From assembly GCF_009914755.1 (NCBI RefSeq), contig NC_060928.1: 64,000 nt of DNA; one strand, 5' to 3'. Under the pieces are notes generated by a model. The model searched no databases. It had not been told where the DNA came from and saw only the letters and a program-made list of their open reading frames with translations. The stretch is from the human T2T-CHM13v2.0 reference genome, Homo sapiens. The position numbers and the translations under genes were made by a program. Positions 13,475 to 29,398 of the stretch are shown piece by piece. How positions within the stretch are numbered: position 1 is the first letter of the stretch; every line of letters starts with the position of its first letter.

Positions 13475-13563
13475 TATAAATAGCCAAGAGCAGACCCACT
13501 TCAGCTGGTGGAGCCATATGCACTGGCCAAGACTCAAGGAAACAGGAGCAGTAGTAGGTATGC
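13475..13563 (+). promoter_or_regulatory. Candidate TATA core promoter with a downstream splice donor
   Basis: GGGTATAAATAG (TATAAA at 13475-13480), E-box CAGCTG at 13502, AG|GTATGC with GT at 13558; motif evidence only. Confidence 0.25.
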
Positions 13564-13842
13564 ATGTCCTTCATTGAATGTTGTAATCTAGGAAACTGCA
13601 AAGAAATCTAGCAAGATGGGATGGGAGAGGGACCTCAGCTGCTGGACTGAGGCTTATTAAACTGCATAGTTGGGGAAGCACTAGTCCTTTCCCTGTTGTG
13701 GTCAGGGAAATCATATAATAACAATACAATGAGGCAGAGTCTTGAGTCCAGCCTTATCCTGAGAGTTCAGTGTTTACAACTGGAGAAGCATTAGCCTTTT
13801 CTTTGCTATGGTCAGGGTCCTGGTGTTCAAGCCTTGTGATTA

Positions 13843-14178
13843 CAGTCATGCACCACATAATGATGTTTCTGTCAACTACAGACCACATATATGATGGTGG
13901 TCCCATAAGATTATAATAGCATATTTGTACTATACCTTTTCTACAGTTAGATACACAAATATTTACCATTGTTTCTCAATTGCCTACAATATTTGGTACA
14001 GTAACCTGCTGTGTGAGTTTGTAACCTAGGAGCAATGGGCTATACCATGTAACCTAGGTGTGTAGTAGGCTGTAGCATCTAGGTTTGTGTAAGTACACTC
14101 TATGATGTTTGCATAATGATGAAATCACCTAATGATGCATTTCGCAGAATGTATTCGTCATTAAGGGATGCATGACTG
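13843..14178 (+). mobile_element. Tigger3a (MER7A) MITE, complete
   Basis: Terminal inverted repeats CAGTCATGC...GCATGACTG, 5' TA target, about 336 bp. Confidence 0.9.
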
Positions 14179-14831
14179 TCCAGCTGTATAATGTGGCAAG
14201 ATAGCAGTGGGATTTGCTACATCATCTTTTTATGGCTAGGGAAACATCTGCTCTTTGCTGGCATCGTTGTGGGGCTGGGGTCCAAGCTTGTTGATGAGAA
14301 TTGATTGCTTTCAGCACAGGGCCATAGCTGGATTCCATGGAGATTTGCAGAAAGCCAGCTCTCGCTCTGAGAGGCCAGCTGCAGTAATCAATTTGGACAA
14401 CTCTTACCTTACAAGTAGAAGTTGGTCAGCAGCTTAGGGAAAAATAATATGCAGGAAGTGAGAATTTCCCCTTTGTTTGTACCTCTTGCTCCACCCACAT
14501 ATGACAGAAAACTCTTGTAATGTGATTAAAGTTTTGCCAATTGGAATATGAGTAGAAGCGGCGTTTGACACTTGTTGTTATGGGTCTCAGGACTGGAGGA
14601 AACCAGAATGTTTTACTGCAAAATATCCTTCTTTGGCATACTTTGAGATGATCATTCAAAAAAAAACTGCAGGCAGAAATAGCTCTGAAAAGCTGTCTTT
14701 TTGTAGGGGTGGGATTTAATTCTATAGAATTCTATAGAGAAATCCCACATTGGTGAGGTAAACAATGAAGTGAGTAGCAGAAGCAAACAGGTTTTCTCTG
14801 AGACCCCCTCACCTGGGTCTAGGAAAGATGA

Positions 14832-15098
<267 letters not shown>

Positions 15099-15313
15099 TG
15101 ACAGAGAAACCTTTACCATAGGCTATCGTGTATTCTTTCTGAGGGCTGCTGCCTGTGAGGCTTCATCTGCATAAGAAGACGACCTTTCCTCACCATGCTT
15201 TTCCTTCTTCCACCCACATCCTGTCTTGCAGGCTCCACACCCCTATTCCTTTCTGGACAGTGTAGAACTTTCAGTCAGCTGGCCACTACTTTGAGTTTCG
15301 TACTTGGTATATT

Positions 15314-16811
15314 TGTGGTGTTATGACGTCTATTGGCTTTTGTCCACAGTTCCTTTCTTGTAGCTCCCATAGCCCTTGTTACAGTCTTTTGTTATTATGT
15401 TGGGTGTGTTAGGCCTCAGGGACAGGCCTCTGACCTTCTACTGCACTCCCTACCTTGCTCAAGGAAGGACTCTAAGGTTCCCCCGCCTTTCTGATTGTGG
15501 GTCTGAAGACCCTACCATAGAGGGTCCACCGTATACCCTGTGGGGAAGGAATACTGACCACATGAAGCTTCCACGAAAACCCAAGAGGACGGGGTTCAGT
15601 GAGCTTCTGGAGAGCTGAATACATGGAGGTTTCTGGAAGGCAGCACTCTGGGGAGGGCATGGAAGCTCTATACCCTTTCCCTATACCTCACCCTATCCAT
15701 CAATTCATCTGTATCCTTTGTGACATTCTTTATAATAAATTGATACACATAAATAAGTGTTTCCCTGACTTCTGTAAGCCACTCCAGCAAGTTAATCAAA
15801 CCCAAAGAATCCCAACTGGAAGCCTTTTGGTCAGAAGTTCTGGAGGCCTGGATTTGCAATTGGCGTGGCATATACAGCCGTTCTGGGGACCAAGCCTTTG
15901 AATTGTGGGATCTGACACTATCTCCAGGTCGATGGTGTCAGGACTGAATTAGAGGACACCCCGCTGGTGTCCGCTGCTTGGAGTCTGGAGAAGAAAACCA
16001 CCACACATTTGGTCACAGAAGTCTTCTGGGCTGAAGATTGTTGTGTTGTTGAGAGGTGAAGCCAGCTGGACTTCCTGGGTCGAGTGGGGACTTGAAGAAC
16101 TTTTCTGTCTAGCTAAGGGATTGTAAACACACCAATCAGTGCTCTGTGTCTAGCTAAAGGTGTGTAAATGCACCAATCAGCACTCTGTAAAAATGCACCA
16201 ATCAGTGCTCTGTGTCTAGCTAAAGGTTTGTAAACGCACCAATCAGAACTCTGTAAAATGGACCAATTAGTGCTCTGTAAAATGGGCCAATCAACAGGAC
16301 GTGGGTGGGGCCAAATAAGGGAATAAAAGCTGGCCACCCGAGCCAGCAGCGGCAACCTGCTTCGGTCCCCTTCCATGCTGTGGAAGCTTTGTTCTTTTGC
16401 TCTTCACAATAAATCTTGCTGCTGCTCACTCTTTGGGTTCGCACTACCTTTATGAAGCCGCGAGGGTCTGCGGCTTCAGTCCTGAAGTCAGCGAGACCAT
16501 GAACCCACCGGGAGAAACAAACAACTCTGGATGTGCCACCTTTAAGAGCTGTGACACTCACTGTGAAGGTCTGTAGCTTCACTCCTGAAGTCAGCAAGAC
16601 CACAAACCCACTGGAAGGAAGGAACTCTGGACACATCTGAACATCTGAAGGAACAAACTCCAGATACACCATCTTTAAGAGCTGTAACACTCACTGCGAA
16701 CATCTGCAGCTTCATTCTTGAAGTCAGCGAGACCAAGAATCCACCGGAAGGAATAAATTCTGGACACATTGTGAGAGTAGAGGAGAATACAGTTAGAGTT
16801 TTCCCTACACA
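15314..16811 (+). mobile_element. MER21A-like LTR, split by LTR12
   Basis: TGTGGTGTTATGA...CTCCCATAGCCCTTGTTACAG...GGAGGGCATGGAAGCTCT...CACATTTGGTCACAGAAG. Confidence 0.8.
16050..16768 (+). mobile_element. LTR12 (HERV9) solo LTR, short type
   Basis: TGAGAGGTGAAGCCAGCTGG...TGGACACA; six CCAAT repeats; AATAAAA TATA-like box; exact TSD TTGT. Confidence 0.95.
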
Positions 16812-17099
16812 GCATTGCTCCCAGGTCCATATGCATGTGAATAAATTTGTATATCTTTTTCCTGTTATTCTGCCTTTTATTTGAGAGGTGTCCCAGGTAG
16901 AAATTTGAGGGTTGAAAAAAGAAATGTATTTTTTCTCCTCTTCAGGACATTGGGCTACCTCATTCCCCTTCCCACTAGATTATGGAACCAGGTTATGGTC
17001 ATGACTCAGCTTTGATCAAACAGATGACAAAGGCTCTAGAGAGAACAAGATTAAAGGAACCAGGGCCCATGAATAGCTGTGCAGAGGAGGATGTCCTGC

Positions 17100-17825
17100 T
17101 GTAAACCAAAAATAAAATTCGAAGTCCCCCAACCAACTGAATAGACCTCACGTCTCAGCCAAGAGCATTCTAGAGTAAACCTGAGCACTAGTTCAGGGCA
17201 TGATGGGAATGGATGGTCAGGCATGCCTCATTATACCTTCCTCTCACTGGAATCCAGGCACAGCTGAGCAGCATTAACATTAAAACAGAGATCTGGCCGG
17301 GCAAGGTGGCTCACACCTGTAATCTCAGCACTTTGGGAGGCTGAGACAGGCATATCACTTAAGTCCAGGAGTTCAAGACCAGCCTGGGTAACATGGTGAA
17401 ACCCTGTCTCGACAAAAAATACAAAAATTAGCCAGGTATGGTGGCACCTGCCTGCAGTCCCAGCTACTCAGGAGGCTGAGATAGGAGAATCTCTTGAACC
17501 TGGGAGGTGGAGGTTGTAGTGAGCCAAGATTGTGTCACTGCACTCCAGCCTGGGTGGCAGAGTGAGACAAAAACACACAAAAAAAACCAGAGACCTTATG
17601 AGTGACAAAACAGACTATTTGTAGCAATGAGAAACCAACATGACAGATATTAGGCCCTGAAATAAATCGAAGTATTTTATCCCAAAATATATTTCTTTGA
17701 CATATTTTGAAATGGCCTTGCAAAGTTGTATTTTGTAAGGAAAATCTGCATTCTATAGGAAATGCCTTCTCTTTCTAGGTCTTTTTCCTGACTGAGGAGA
17801 GAATGAACTGAGTCTGTGGCACCTT
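17100..17825 (+). mobile_element. MER4D/E-like LTR (3' truncated) with an Alu inserted at 17295-17586
   Basis: TGTAAACCAAAAATAAAATTC start; Alu TSD AAAACAGAGATCT / AAACCAGAGACCT. Confidence 0.8.
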
Positions 17826-17866
17826 TGAAACTCTGTTTCCAAAAAAAAAAGAAAGAAAGAAAGAAA

Positions 17867-18141
17867 GGGGATACTTTCCAAGGTTTGTTTTATAGACTGT
17901 TCAGGTGTTATCTCTGCAAAGATAAGGATCTGGAATTCTCTGGGTGACTAACTTCTGTCTTCCCTGGTAGAGAGGGAAGAGAGACACCGTTACAAATTTA
18001 CGTCTCGCTTTTAGGAACAAAGGGTCAGGGAAGAAAGCTTATATCCTTGTATCTGCTTCTTTTCAGTTTTGGGTTTTCAGCTCAAAACAGTCCTTATGCT
18101 AAAGTGGAATATTTTGTGGTGGCATATTCTGCTGCCCCTCA
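17867..18141 (-). mobile_element. MER34-family LTR, 5' part
   Basis: Reverse complement reads TGAGGGGCAGCAGAATATGCCACCACAAAATATTCCACTTTAGCATAAGGA. Confidence 0.75.
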
Positions 18142-18728
18142 TTAACCACAGTGAAACTAGTGAGAAATCTGATAATGCAGGCTAGAAACTGGTGTTATTT
18201 ATGTATATCAAGGCAAAGTATTTACTAAAACTTTTATTATACTTGGAGGACACACTGTTTTAAGGAAAGAGGTTGGAAATAACAGAATATGAGTGGGTTT
18301 GGGGTACTCTTTGAAGACTTTAGCAAGAAATTCAATAATGAGTCAAGCTCAAGCAAGAATTAGCCAGTTTGTAATCAGAGATGAAAGGGAATGGAAAGAG
18401 CTGAGAGATTTGGAGGCTCATAAGGTTAGAAAAGCCAAATCCTTTTGGACCCAAGTTTTTCTTAAAGACCTATTGAGATTTTTTTTTTTTCCCAAAAACA
18501 AAGGGAGGTGTCTTTGCCAGGCCAGTGGCAAAGACCAGATTAAGGGTGTGGCTTTCCTACTCAAACCTATTGTTTCAGATGGTCTCAAGGTAACATTCAT
18601 ACAAATGAAGAAAAGAAGCCAGGGTTGAGCTCAGATGTCAAGAAATAAAGCAGGTTGAGTAAATATGGCTGGAAAAGAATGTTGGGTGTGCATACTGGCA
18701 CATGAAACAGACTATAGGAAATACAACA

Positions 18729-19068
<340 letters not shown>

Positions 19069-19407
19069 CTAGAAGCCTACTAAGATTTCAAGGGAATTGT
19101 ATTGCCAAAGAAATAACAAGCTTAGCTTGTAAAAGCTTGTTATTGCTGAATCCCAAACCAGTTCCAAAGTATGGCATACTGCCCAATCTACTTTAAATTT
19201 GGCCTTGGTAGTAACGGTTGAGAAAGTACCTTTTATTATGCACATCTGGGTCCCCAGAGGACATGAGAGTTATTTCCAGGTAGCAAACTGGGCTAAGCAG
19301 ACTATTTCACTGCTACAGTAAATTCTTTGATTTTTCTGTCTAGCAGGATTTGATCACTCCTGTGCACCAGAGACCTCTCTGTATTTCCTACCTTTCCCTT
19401 ATTGAAT

Positions 19408-19796
19408 TGTTAAACAAAATGATAGGAAGCCATTGTTCTGAACTGACTTCTTGCACTAGGCGCTGACAGACCAAAACAAAATGAAACCATTCATGCTAAA
19501 TGTTATGTGATCAAACTGAAACTTTTAAAAAGCAGATAAATCCCAAAATGGACCAGGTTTTTTTTTTTCTGTCTTCTTAAAACAGGAGATTCCAGCATAA
19601 TAAGGAGGGCCCCTCTGCTCTATTCCTTACAAAAAGTAGTCTGAAACAACCATTTTTTCCCTATTGTTCTTTGTCCTTGTTCCCAGCTTACAAAACCCAC
19701 TGTTCTATTTCCCAGTGGGATTTGAGACCAAATAAATGGATTTATAATGGTGAAAGAGTGAAGTCAATGCTTAAAGTTTTGGTCAATCTCTCAAAA
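19408..19796 (+). mobile_element. MER4-group ERV1 LTR-like remnant (subfamily uncertain, MER65-like)
   Basis: TGTTAAACAAAATGATAGGAAGCCATTG...TGCACTAGGC...CAGACCAAAACAAAATG. Confidence 0.55.
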
Positions 19797-20453
<657 letters not shown>

Positions 20454-20477
20454 AAAGTGGGAGTTTTATCATGGTTA

Positions 20478-20684
<207 letters not shown>

Positions 20685-20687
20685 TTA

Positions 20688-21473
<786 letters not shown>

Positions 21474-21480
21474 ACAGCAA

Positions 21481-22528
21481 TGAGGGCTGACAACGTGCTA
21501 GCAGCCCTCGCTCGCTCTCAGCACCTCCTTGGCCTCGGTGTCCACTCTGGCCCCACTTGAGGAGCCCTTCAGCCCCCCACTGCGCTGTGGGGGCCCCTCT
21601 CTGGGGCTGACCGAGGCTGGAGCCAGCTCCCTCTGCTTGTGGGGAGGCGTGGAGAGAGAGGTACGGGTGGGAGCTGGGGCTGCGCGCAGCCCTCGTGGGC
21701 CAGTGTGGGTTCCAGGTGGGCACGGGCTCTGTGGGCTGCGCACTCGGCGCAGCTGGCCGGCACCTGCTGGACTTGATCGGGGGATGAGCTCCCTCTGGGG
21801 TGCCAGAGTGCCCGGGCTAGATGCTGCAAAGTCCTGCAGTGAGTGCCAGTGAGAGGGGAAGCTGGCTGGGCTACTGGGATGGGTGGGGACTTGGAGAACT
21901 TTTCTGTCTAGTTAAAGGATTGTAAACGCACCAATCAGCACTCTGTGTCCAGCTAAAGGTTTGTTAAGTGCACCAATCAGCACTCTGTCAAAATGGACCA
22001 ATCAGCTCTCTGTAAAATGGACCAATCAGCTCTCTGTAAAATGGACCAATCAGCAGGATGTGGATGGGGCCAGATAAAGGAATAAAAGCAGGCCACCCAA
22101 GCCAGTAGCGGCAACCCGGTGGGGTCCCCTTAAATGCTGTGGAAGCATTGTTCTTTTGCTCTTCGCAATACATCTGCTGCTGTTCACTCTCTGGGTCCGT
22201 GCTGCCTTTATGAGCTGTAACACTCACCACGAGGGTCTGCAGCTTCACTCCTGAAGCCAGAGACCATGAACCCACCAGAAGGAACAAACAACTCCAGATG
22301 CACCGCCTTTATGAGCTGTAACACTCACTTGCAAAGGTCTGCAGCTTCACTCCTGAAGTCAGTGAGACCACGAACCCGCCAGAGGGGGAAGAAACTCCGG
22401 ACACATCTGAACATCTGAAGGAACAAGCTCCGGACACACTGTATTTAACAGCTGTAACACTCACTGCTAGGGTTCGCGGCTTCATTCTTAAAGTCAGTGA
22501 GACCAATAACCCACCAATTTTGGACACA
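21481..22528 (+). mobile_element. LTR12D-like (HERV9) solo LTR
   Basis: TGAGGGCTGACAACGTGCTAGCAGCCCTCGCTCGC...TGGACACA; GC-rich U3, five CCAAT repeats, AGATAA, AATAAAA; TSD GCAA. Confidence 0.93.
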
Positions 22529-22702
22529 GCAAGACCCTGTCTCAAAGGAAAAAAAAAAATCTTTTAGTTTATAGGTACCAAAACTACAAAGGTCCCCCAA
22601 AAATATGTTATCTGTAGTTTCTGGACGTTGAACTGGTTTCAGTAATGGAATGGGACTTCGGGTTTCTCTTTTGGAGAAAAATTGTATTCCACTTGAGGGA
22701 GG

Positions 22703-23100
22703 TGTTAAATCAGTTTGGCCTAAAGCTGCCTCCTTACATATTTTGGGTTCAGCCTAAAGGGTATTTCTCTGTACATCATGAACTCTAACAAGTGGAGGTG
22801 TAAACAGACGGTAGCCTACACTTGGGCCAATCACTGTATTTTAGCCAGTGAAATGTAGCCAACTGTTTGAACCATTTTCAAATAAAGCAAACACCTAGCT
22901 GTAACCAATCCGACTGTTTCTGGACCTCACTTTCATTTTTTGTACTTCACTTTTCTGTTTCTGTTCCTAAATCTTCTACCACGTGGCTGCGCTCGTGTCT
23001 CTGAGCCTACTCTGGCTCTGAACACTGCCGGATTCACAAATCATTCATTGCTCAATTAAACTGCTTTAAATTTAATTTGGCTGAAGTTTTTGTTTTAACA
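22703..23100 (+). mobile_element. MER57 solo LTR, complete
   Basis: TGTTAAATCAGTTTGGCCTAAAGCTGCCTCC...TTTTAACA; TSD GAGG/GAAG. Confidence 0.88.
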
Positions 23101-23239
23101 GAAGTAAGATGCACACGGGTATGTAGATTTCCAGGATGTGAGCGCTGGCTGAGATTACCAGTGGTCTGTCAATAACCACACAGGTTCTTTGATGAAGGAA
23201 ATAAAAACAAATGGCTGTATTTTTTAGGGGGAGGGGTAA

Positions 23240-23600
23240 GCTGTTGTTACAAAGAATCCAGTGTCATACATTGGTTTAAAGAACAACTAAGTTTATAGTG
23301 TTCTCATATAATAGCCTCAAGGTGAGCAGTTCTGTTTGGGGACTCATTCAGGGACTTGGTTTCTTCAGTTTTGCAGCTCTGTCATACCTTAGGCCATTGT
23401 CACTATCTGCAGAGTCAAAGCTTAATCAACTTTCAGACTAGATTCCAGCAAATGAGAAGGGGAGACAGATCCTGGAAGAGACCTTGACCAAAAATGGCTC
23501 ACATTCCCATGGCTAGAACAGTTACACTGGCTTTATTAACTGTAAGGGAAGGCTGGGGATGTGGTTGAACAGGCCAGCCATGAGCTAGTCATACCTGTTT
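23240..23600 (-). mobile_element. Old MLT1 (K/L-like) LTR
   Basis: CTCATTCAGGGAC..., CTCACATTCCCATGGCTAGAAC, AACTGTAAGGGAAGGCTGGG. Confidence 0.55.
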
Positions 23601-23722
23601 ACTATGTTTTTATTTCCTTCATCTGCCACTCATACAAGGAAACTGTGTTTATTATATTAGTCTTTTGCTGAAGAAAATAGGAGAGTGATGGCCAGCTTTC
23701 ACTTTATCAAAAAGGATTAGCA

Positions 23723-24064
<342 letters not shown>

Positions 24065-25218
24065 TTAGTTTGTTTGTTTTGCCAATGTCCCTTTCCCAGA
24101 ACTCCTTTGGGGGACTTCTCATTGATAGTCTTTTTTTAGTTCTAGTCTCCTATAATCAACAATAACCTCCTAATTTCCAAATCCACTACCTCAGCAATCA
24201 TATTCTGTGCTTCTTCATGGTGTTCGACACTCCTGACCACCCTTTCCTTTCAAAAAAAATGTTCACTCCCCTCTGGTATTATTTTGCCCTGGTAACTCCA
24301 TAGTCTCTTTGCTAGCCTCTCCATCCACCCTTTCCATGGAAATCTTTCAGGGTCACTTCTCGACTCTCTTTTATTCTTATTCCACACTCTCCCTCGTGGG
24401 TCAAATTCATTTCCCTTTCCTCAGATATCAATTTTATGAAGATGATCCCTGAATTGATTTCTCTGGCTTGGGTTTCTCTCTCTTGCATTTCAAATTGCCT
24501 GTTATATATTGCCATATAAGTGTTTTGCCAGAAGATCAAATATACATATTTATACATTTGATAAGTGTATACATTATAGGCATCTATTAAATATTGGGCA
24601 CTGTGCTAGGCCTTAGGAGTACCATGAAAAATAAAATGGATATGGTCCTTGTCTATTACAGCTTATCTTCTATGAAGTAGAATTTAACTGGATGTGTAGG
24701 TTTTCAGGGGGCGTTGGAGTGTTCTAGGCAGAGAGTATAACCTGCATATAGGCCCTGGAGCACAAAGTTCAAGGAACTAAAGATCAGGGTGACTCTAGCA
24801 GAAGGGAAAGTAACATAATGTTTAAGAAGCAGGCACAGGATAGACTGTGTAGGACTTGTAAACCATGTTAAGATTTCGCTCTTTATACTAAAAACTACAG
24901 AAAGCCATTAGCAATATTTTAAGCAGATCTGATCATATTTGCATTGGAAAGATCACTCTAGCTCTGGGGAATGAATTAGGGTTTTGGAGAGAATCAGTGG
25001 CAGATTAAAAAATAGGCTATGAGGGATATTTTGTTGGTACAGTAGACAGGATTTGGTGAGAAATTTGATAGGCAGAGGAGGAAGGGAGGTATAGTGGTTA
25101 ATTGCTGGGTTTTGGGACTTGAATAATTGCATGGATGGTGGTACCATTCACTGAGACAGGGAGTGTTGGAAGACTACCAGATTTGAGGGAAGATAGATGT
25201 TAAACAGGCAGTTGGACA

Positions 25219-25724
<506 letters not shown>

Positions 25725-26145
25725 TGATTTTATATGGTAATTAAACCAAGGATATGAATGAGATTTCCTAGGAAAAAAAGTATATAGTGAGAAGGAGAGA
25801 GGCCAAGAGAGGAACTCTGGAATTTAATTGTTTAGTAGAAAGTATGACTGAGAAGGAGCAGCCGGAGGAGTAGGAGGAAAACCCAGAGCAGGAGACAGTG
25901 GGAATGCCCCACAGTGTTGGATGCACTGAAGATATCAAGCAAGGGGTTTAAAATACTGAAAGCATTTGGTGAAGTGGAGGTCTTGTGTGACATTAGTGAG
26001 AGTTATTTATATGAAATGATGGGTGGAAACCAGATAAGAGATACCTGAAAAGTGAGTGAGAGAGGATGAAAGGGGAATGGTTGGAATATATAGCTCTGTG
26101 AAGGAAGAAGAGGTAGGCCAGAAGCTAGAAGGGAGATGTGAGGTC

Positions 26146-26598
26146 TTTCATGTACGTCCGTGTGAAGAGACTACCAAACAGGCTTTGTGTGAGCAACATG
26201 GCTGTTTATTTCACCTGGGTGCAGGCAGGCTGAGTCTGAAAAGAGAGTCAGCAAAGGGAGATAGGGGTGGGGCCGTTTTATAAGATTTAGGTAGGTAAAG
26301 GAAAATTACAGTCAAAGGGGGTTTGTTCTCTGGCGGGCGGGAGTGGGGGTCGCAAGGTGCTCGGTGGGGGAGCTTTTTGAGCCAGGATGAGCCAGGAAAA
26401 GGACTTTCACAAGGTAATGTCATCACTTAAAGCAAGGAATGGCCATTTTCACTTCTTTTGCGGTGGAATGTTATCAGTTAAGGCGGGGCAGGGCATTTTC
26501 ACTTCTTTTGTGATTCTTCAGTTACTTCAGGCCATCTGGACATATACATGAAAGTCACAGGGGATGCGATGGCTTGGCTTGGGCTCAGAGGCCTGACA
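26146..26598 (-). mobile_element. LTR7 (HERV-H) solo LTR, complete
   Basis: Reverse complement TGTCAGGCCTCTGAGCCCAAGCC...TATAAAACGGCCCCACCCC...AATAAA...CATGAAA; 453 bp; exact 5-bp TSD AGGTC. Confidence 0.97.
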
Positions 26599-26992
26599 AG
26601 GTCCATAGTGGTTTGTTTATTCATTTTTTTCTTTGCATATGTTTAAATGTGAATGGGAAGGAACCAGTCAGGAGGGAAATGTTGACTTCATGATACAGCA
26701 AGTTTTCTGAGAGGGGAGTGCTTTGAATCCCTATCTCTCTACCCTCCCACAGGCCTCTCAGATTACTTTAGGAAGGAGATTTCTGTTATAATAGGAAAAG
26801 TACGGCTACAGCTGCAGGTAATGTGATATGTTTGGTAGAAGTAGATGGGAGGCTTCTAATTTGCTTCTTTTATATTTACCTAAAGTAGAAAATAAAGCTA
26901 TTTCCTGAGAATGAGAAAAGTTCTGTGAGGGGTTGGGGGGAGGTGTAGGAGTGTTAGTAGGAGGATTCAAGAGACTAGGGAAACATAGAGAA

Positions 26993-27120
26993 GTATTCCA
27001 GTTATCTATGGCTGCCTAACCAACCATCTCAAAGTTTAGCGGCATGATTATTTCATTGTGCTCATAGACTTTGTGAACCAGGAATTTGGACAAAGCACAG
27101 TGAGGACAGCTTCTGTATTG
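26993..27120 (-). mobile_element. MLT1 (H/I-like) LTR fragment
   Basis: GTATTCCAGTTATCTATGGCTGC...CAGGAATTTGGACAAAGCACAG. Confidence 0.6.
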
Positions 27121-27569
27121 CATGGTAGAGGCTCTATTGCCACTGCACCCGGGCTCCTAACTGTTTTTCAAACTTATATTGAACTACTCGGTTCACCTTC
27201 TGGGGTGGCTGTCTTTGATGATACTGTCTCTATGGCGGCAGGTATCATAAAGTCACACTGACATGCTCATTCACAGAAATCATATCGAGCACTTAAGACT
27301 GACGTATTTGCTTTTCTTCTTTTAACCTCATTCTTTTTTTTTCTAAAGATTTTTATTTTATTAATGTTTTATTTTTTGTTATAGGGACAGAGCTATAAAC
27401 ATACATTTTCCATTCATTCTAGAATTGCCTTTTCTCTCTCCAACCTGGTTAGAAGGCTTTCAAATCACCAGCTTAAACACCATCACTTCTTTGAAGCCTT
27501 AACTGATTTCCTTATTTTGTTGGTGGTCCCAAAGCATTTGGTTTGAGTTCTTAAGCACCATACCTAGAA

Positions 27570-27675
27570 CAGTTGTTCCCAAATTTGTCAGTGCAGTATC
27601 ATCACCTGCAAATCATTTAAGAAAGGCAGATTTCAGGGTCACACCCCAAACCTACTGAGTCATTCCTTTTGGGCA
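27570..27675. mobile_element. MER5 fragment
   Basis: CAGTTGTTCCCAAA...ATCACCTG...CACCCCAAACCTACTGAGTCA. Confidence 0.6.
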
Positions 27676-27748
27676 CACAGTGATCAACAATTATGTAATT
27701 GTTAGTTGATTGATAGACATTTGCATAAGACACCTGTAGGCCCATTAG

Positions 27749-28845
<1,097 letters not shown>

Positions 28846-29223
28846 TAGACTCTTAAATCCTCAAGATCAGAGGCTATGTTTTATTTCAGATCCCTCTGTA
28901 GTGCTTTGCCCATGGGAGATGTTCAATACATTTTGTGGAGTTTGTCTTTGTCTGTGTCTCTTGGGATTAGTCATTTGCAGAGACTTTTCTATATGCTGTT
29001 CTTTTTCTCTTGGATTTCCATCAGATGTCACCCAATTCTGTTCTCTTTTTTACTTAGCCATCTGGGGCCCGATCACCACAAACAATAATAACAGCAACAA
29101 CAACAACAAACACAGTATGTAGGTGGGAAGTACATTCAAGTTAATAAAACCGTGAATGAGGTTGGCATTTTGCTTGCGTTTGTGTGAACTCTTTTTCTAG
29201 TCAGGGGATCAAAGGTATTTCAT

Positions 29224-29227
29224 ATTT

Positions 29228-29274
<47 letters not shown>

Positions 29275-29398
29275 TTATATACCGACAGGGGCCTCACCAT
29301 GTTACCCAGGCTGGTCTCAAACTCCTAGGCTCCAGCGATCCTCTTTCCTTGGCCTCCCAAAGTGTTGGGATTACAGGAGTGAGCCACTGTTCCTGGCT
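29224..29398 (-). mobile_element. FLAM/AluJ left monomer with (TTTA)n tail
   Basis: (TTTA)n followed by CCATGTTACCCAGGCTGGTCTCAAACTCC. Confidence 0.85.

Noticed and set aside
16100-16769. Regularly spaced repeats and a 156-aa minus-strand ORF as a CRISPR-like array or gene
   Set aside because: These are the normal CCAAT-containing U3 repeats and U5 repeats of LTR12; there are no unique spacers or cas genes, and the ORF is antisense LTR read-through
27215-27302. C/D-box snoRNA (TGATGA...CTGA...CTGA)
   Set aside because: No convincing terminal stem, C' box or recognisable rRNA/snRNA guide; short motifs are expected by chance. An Rfam or snoscan hit would reopen it
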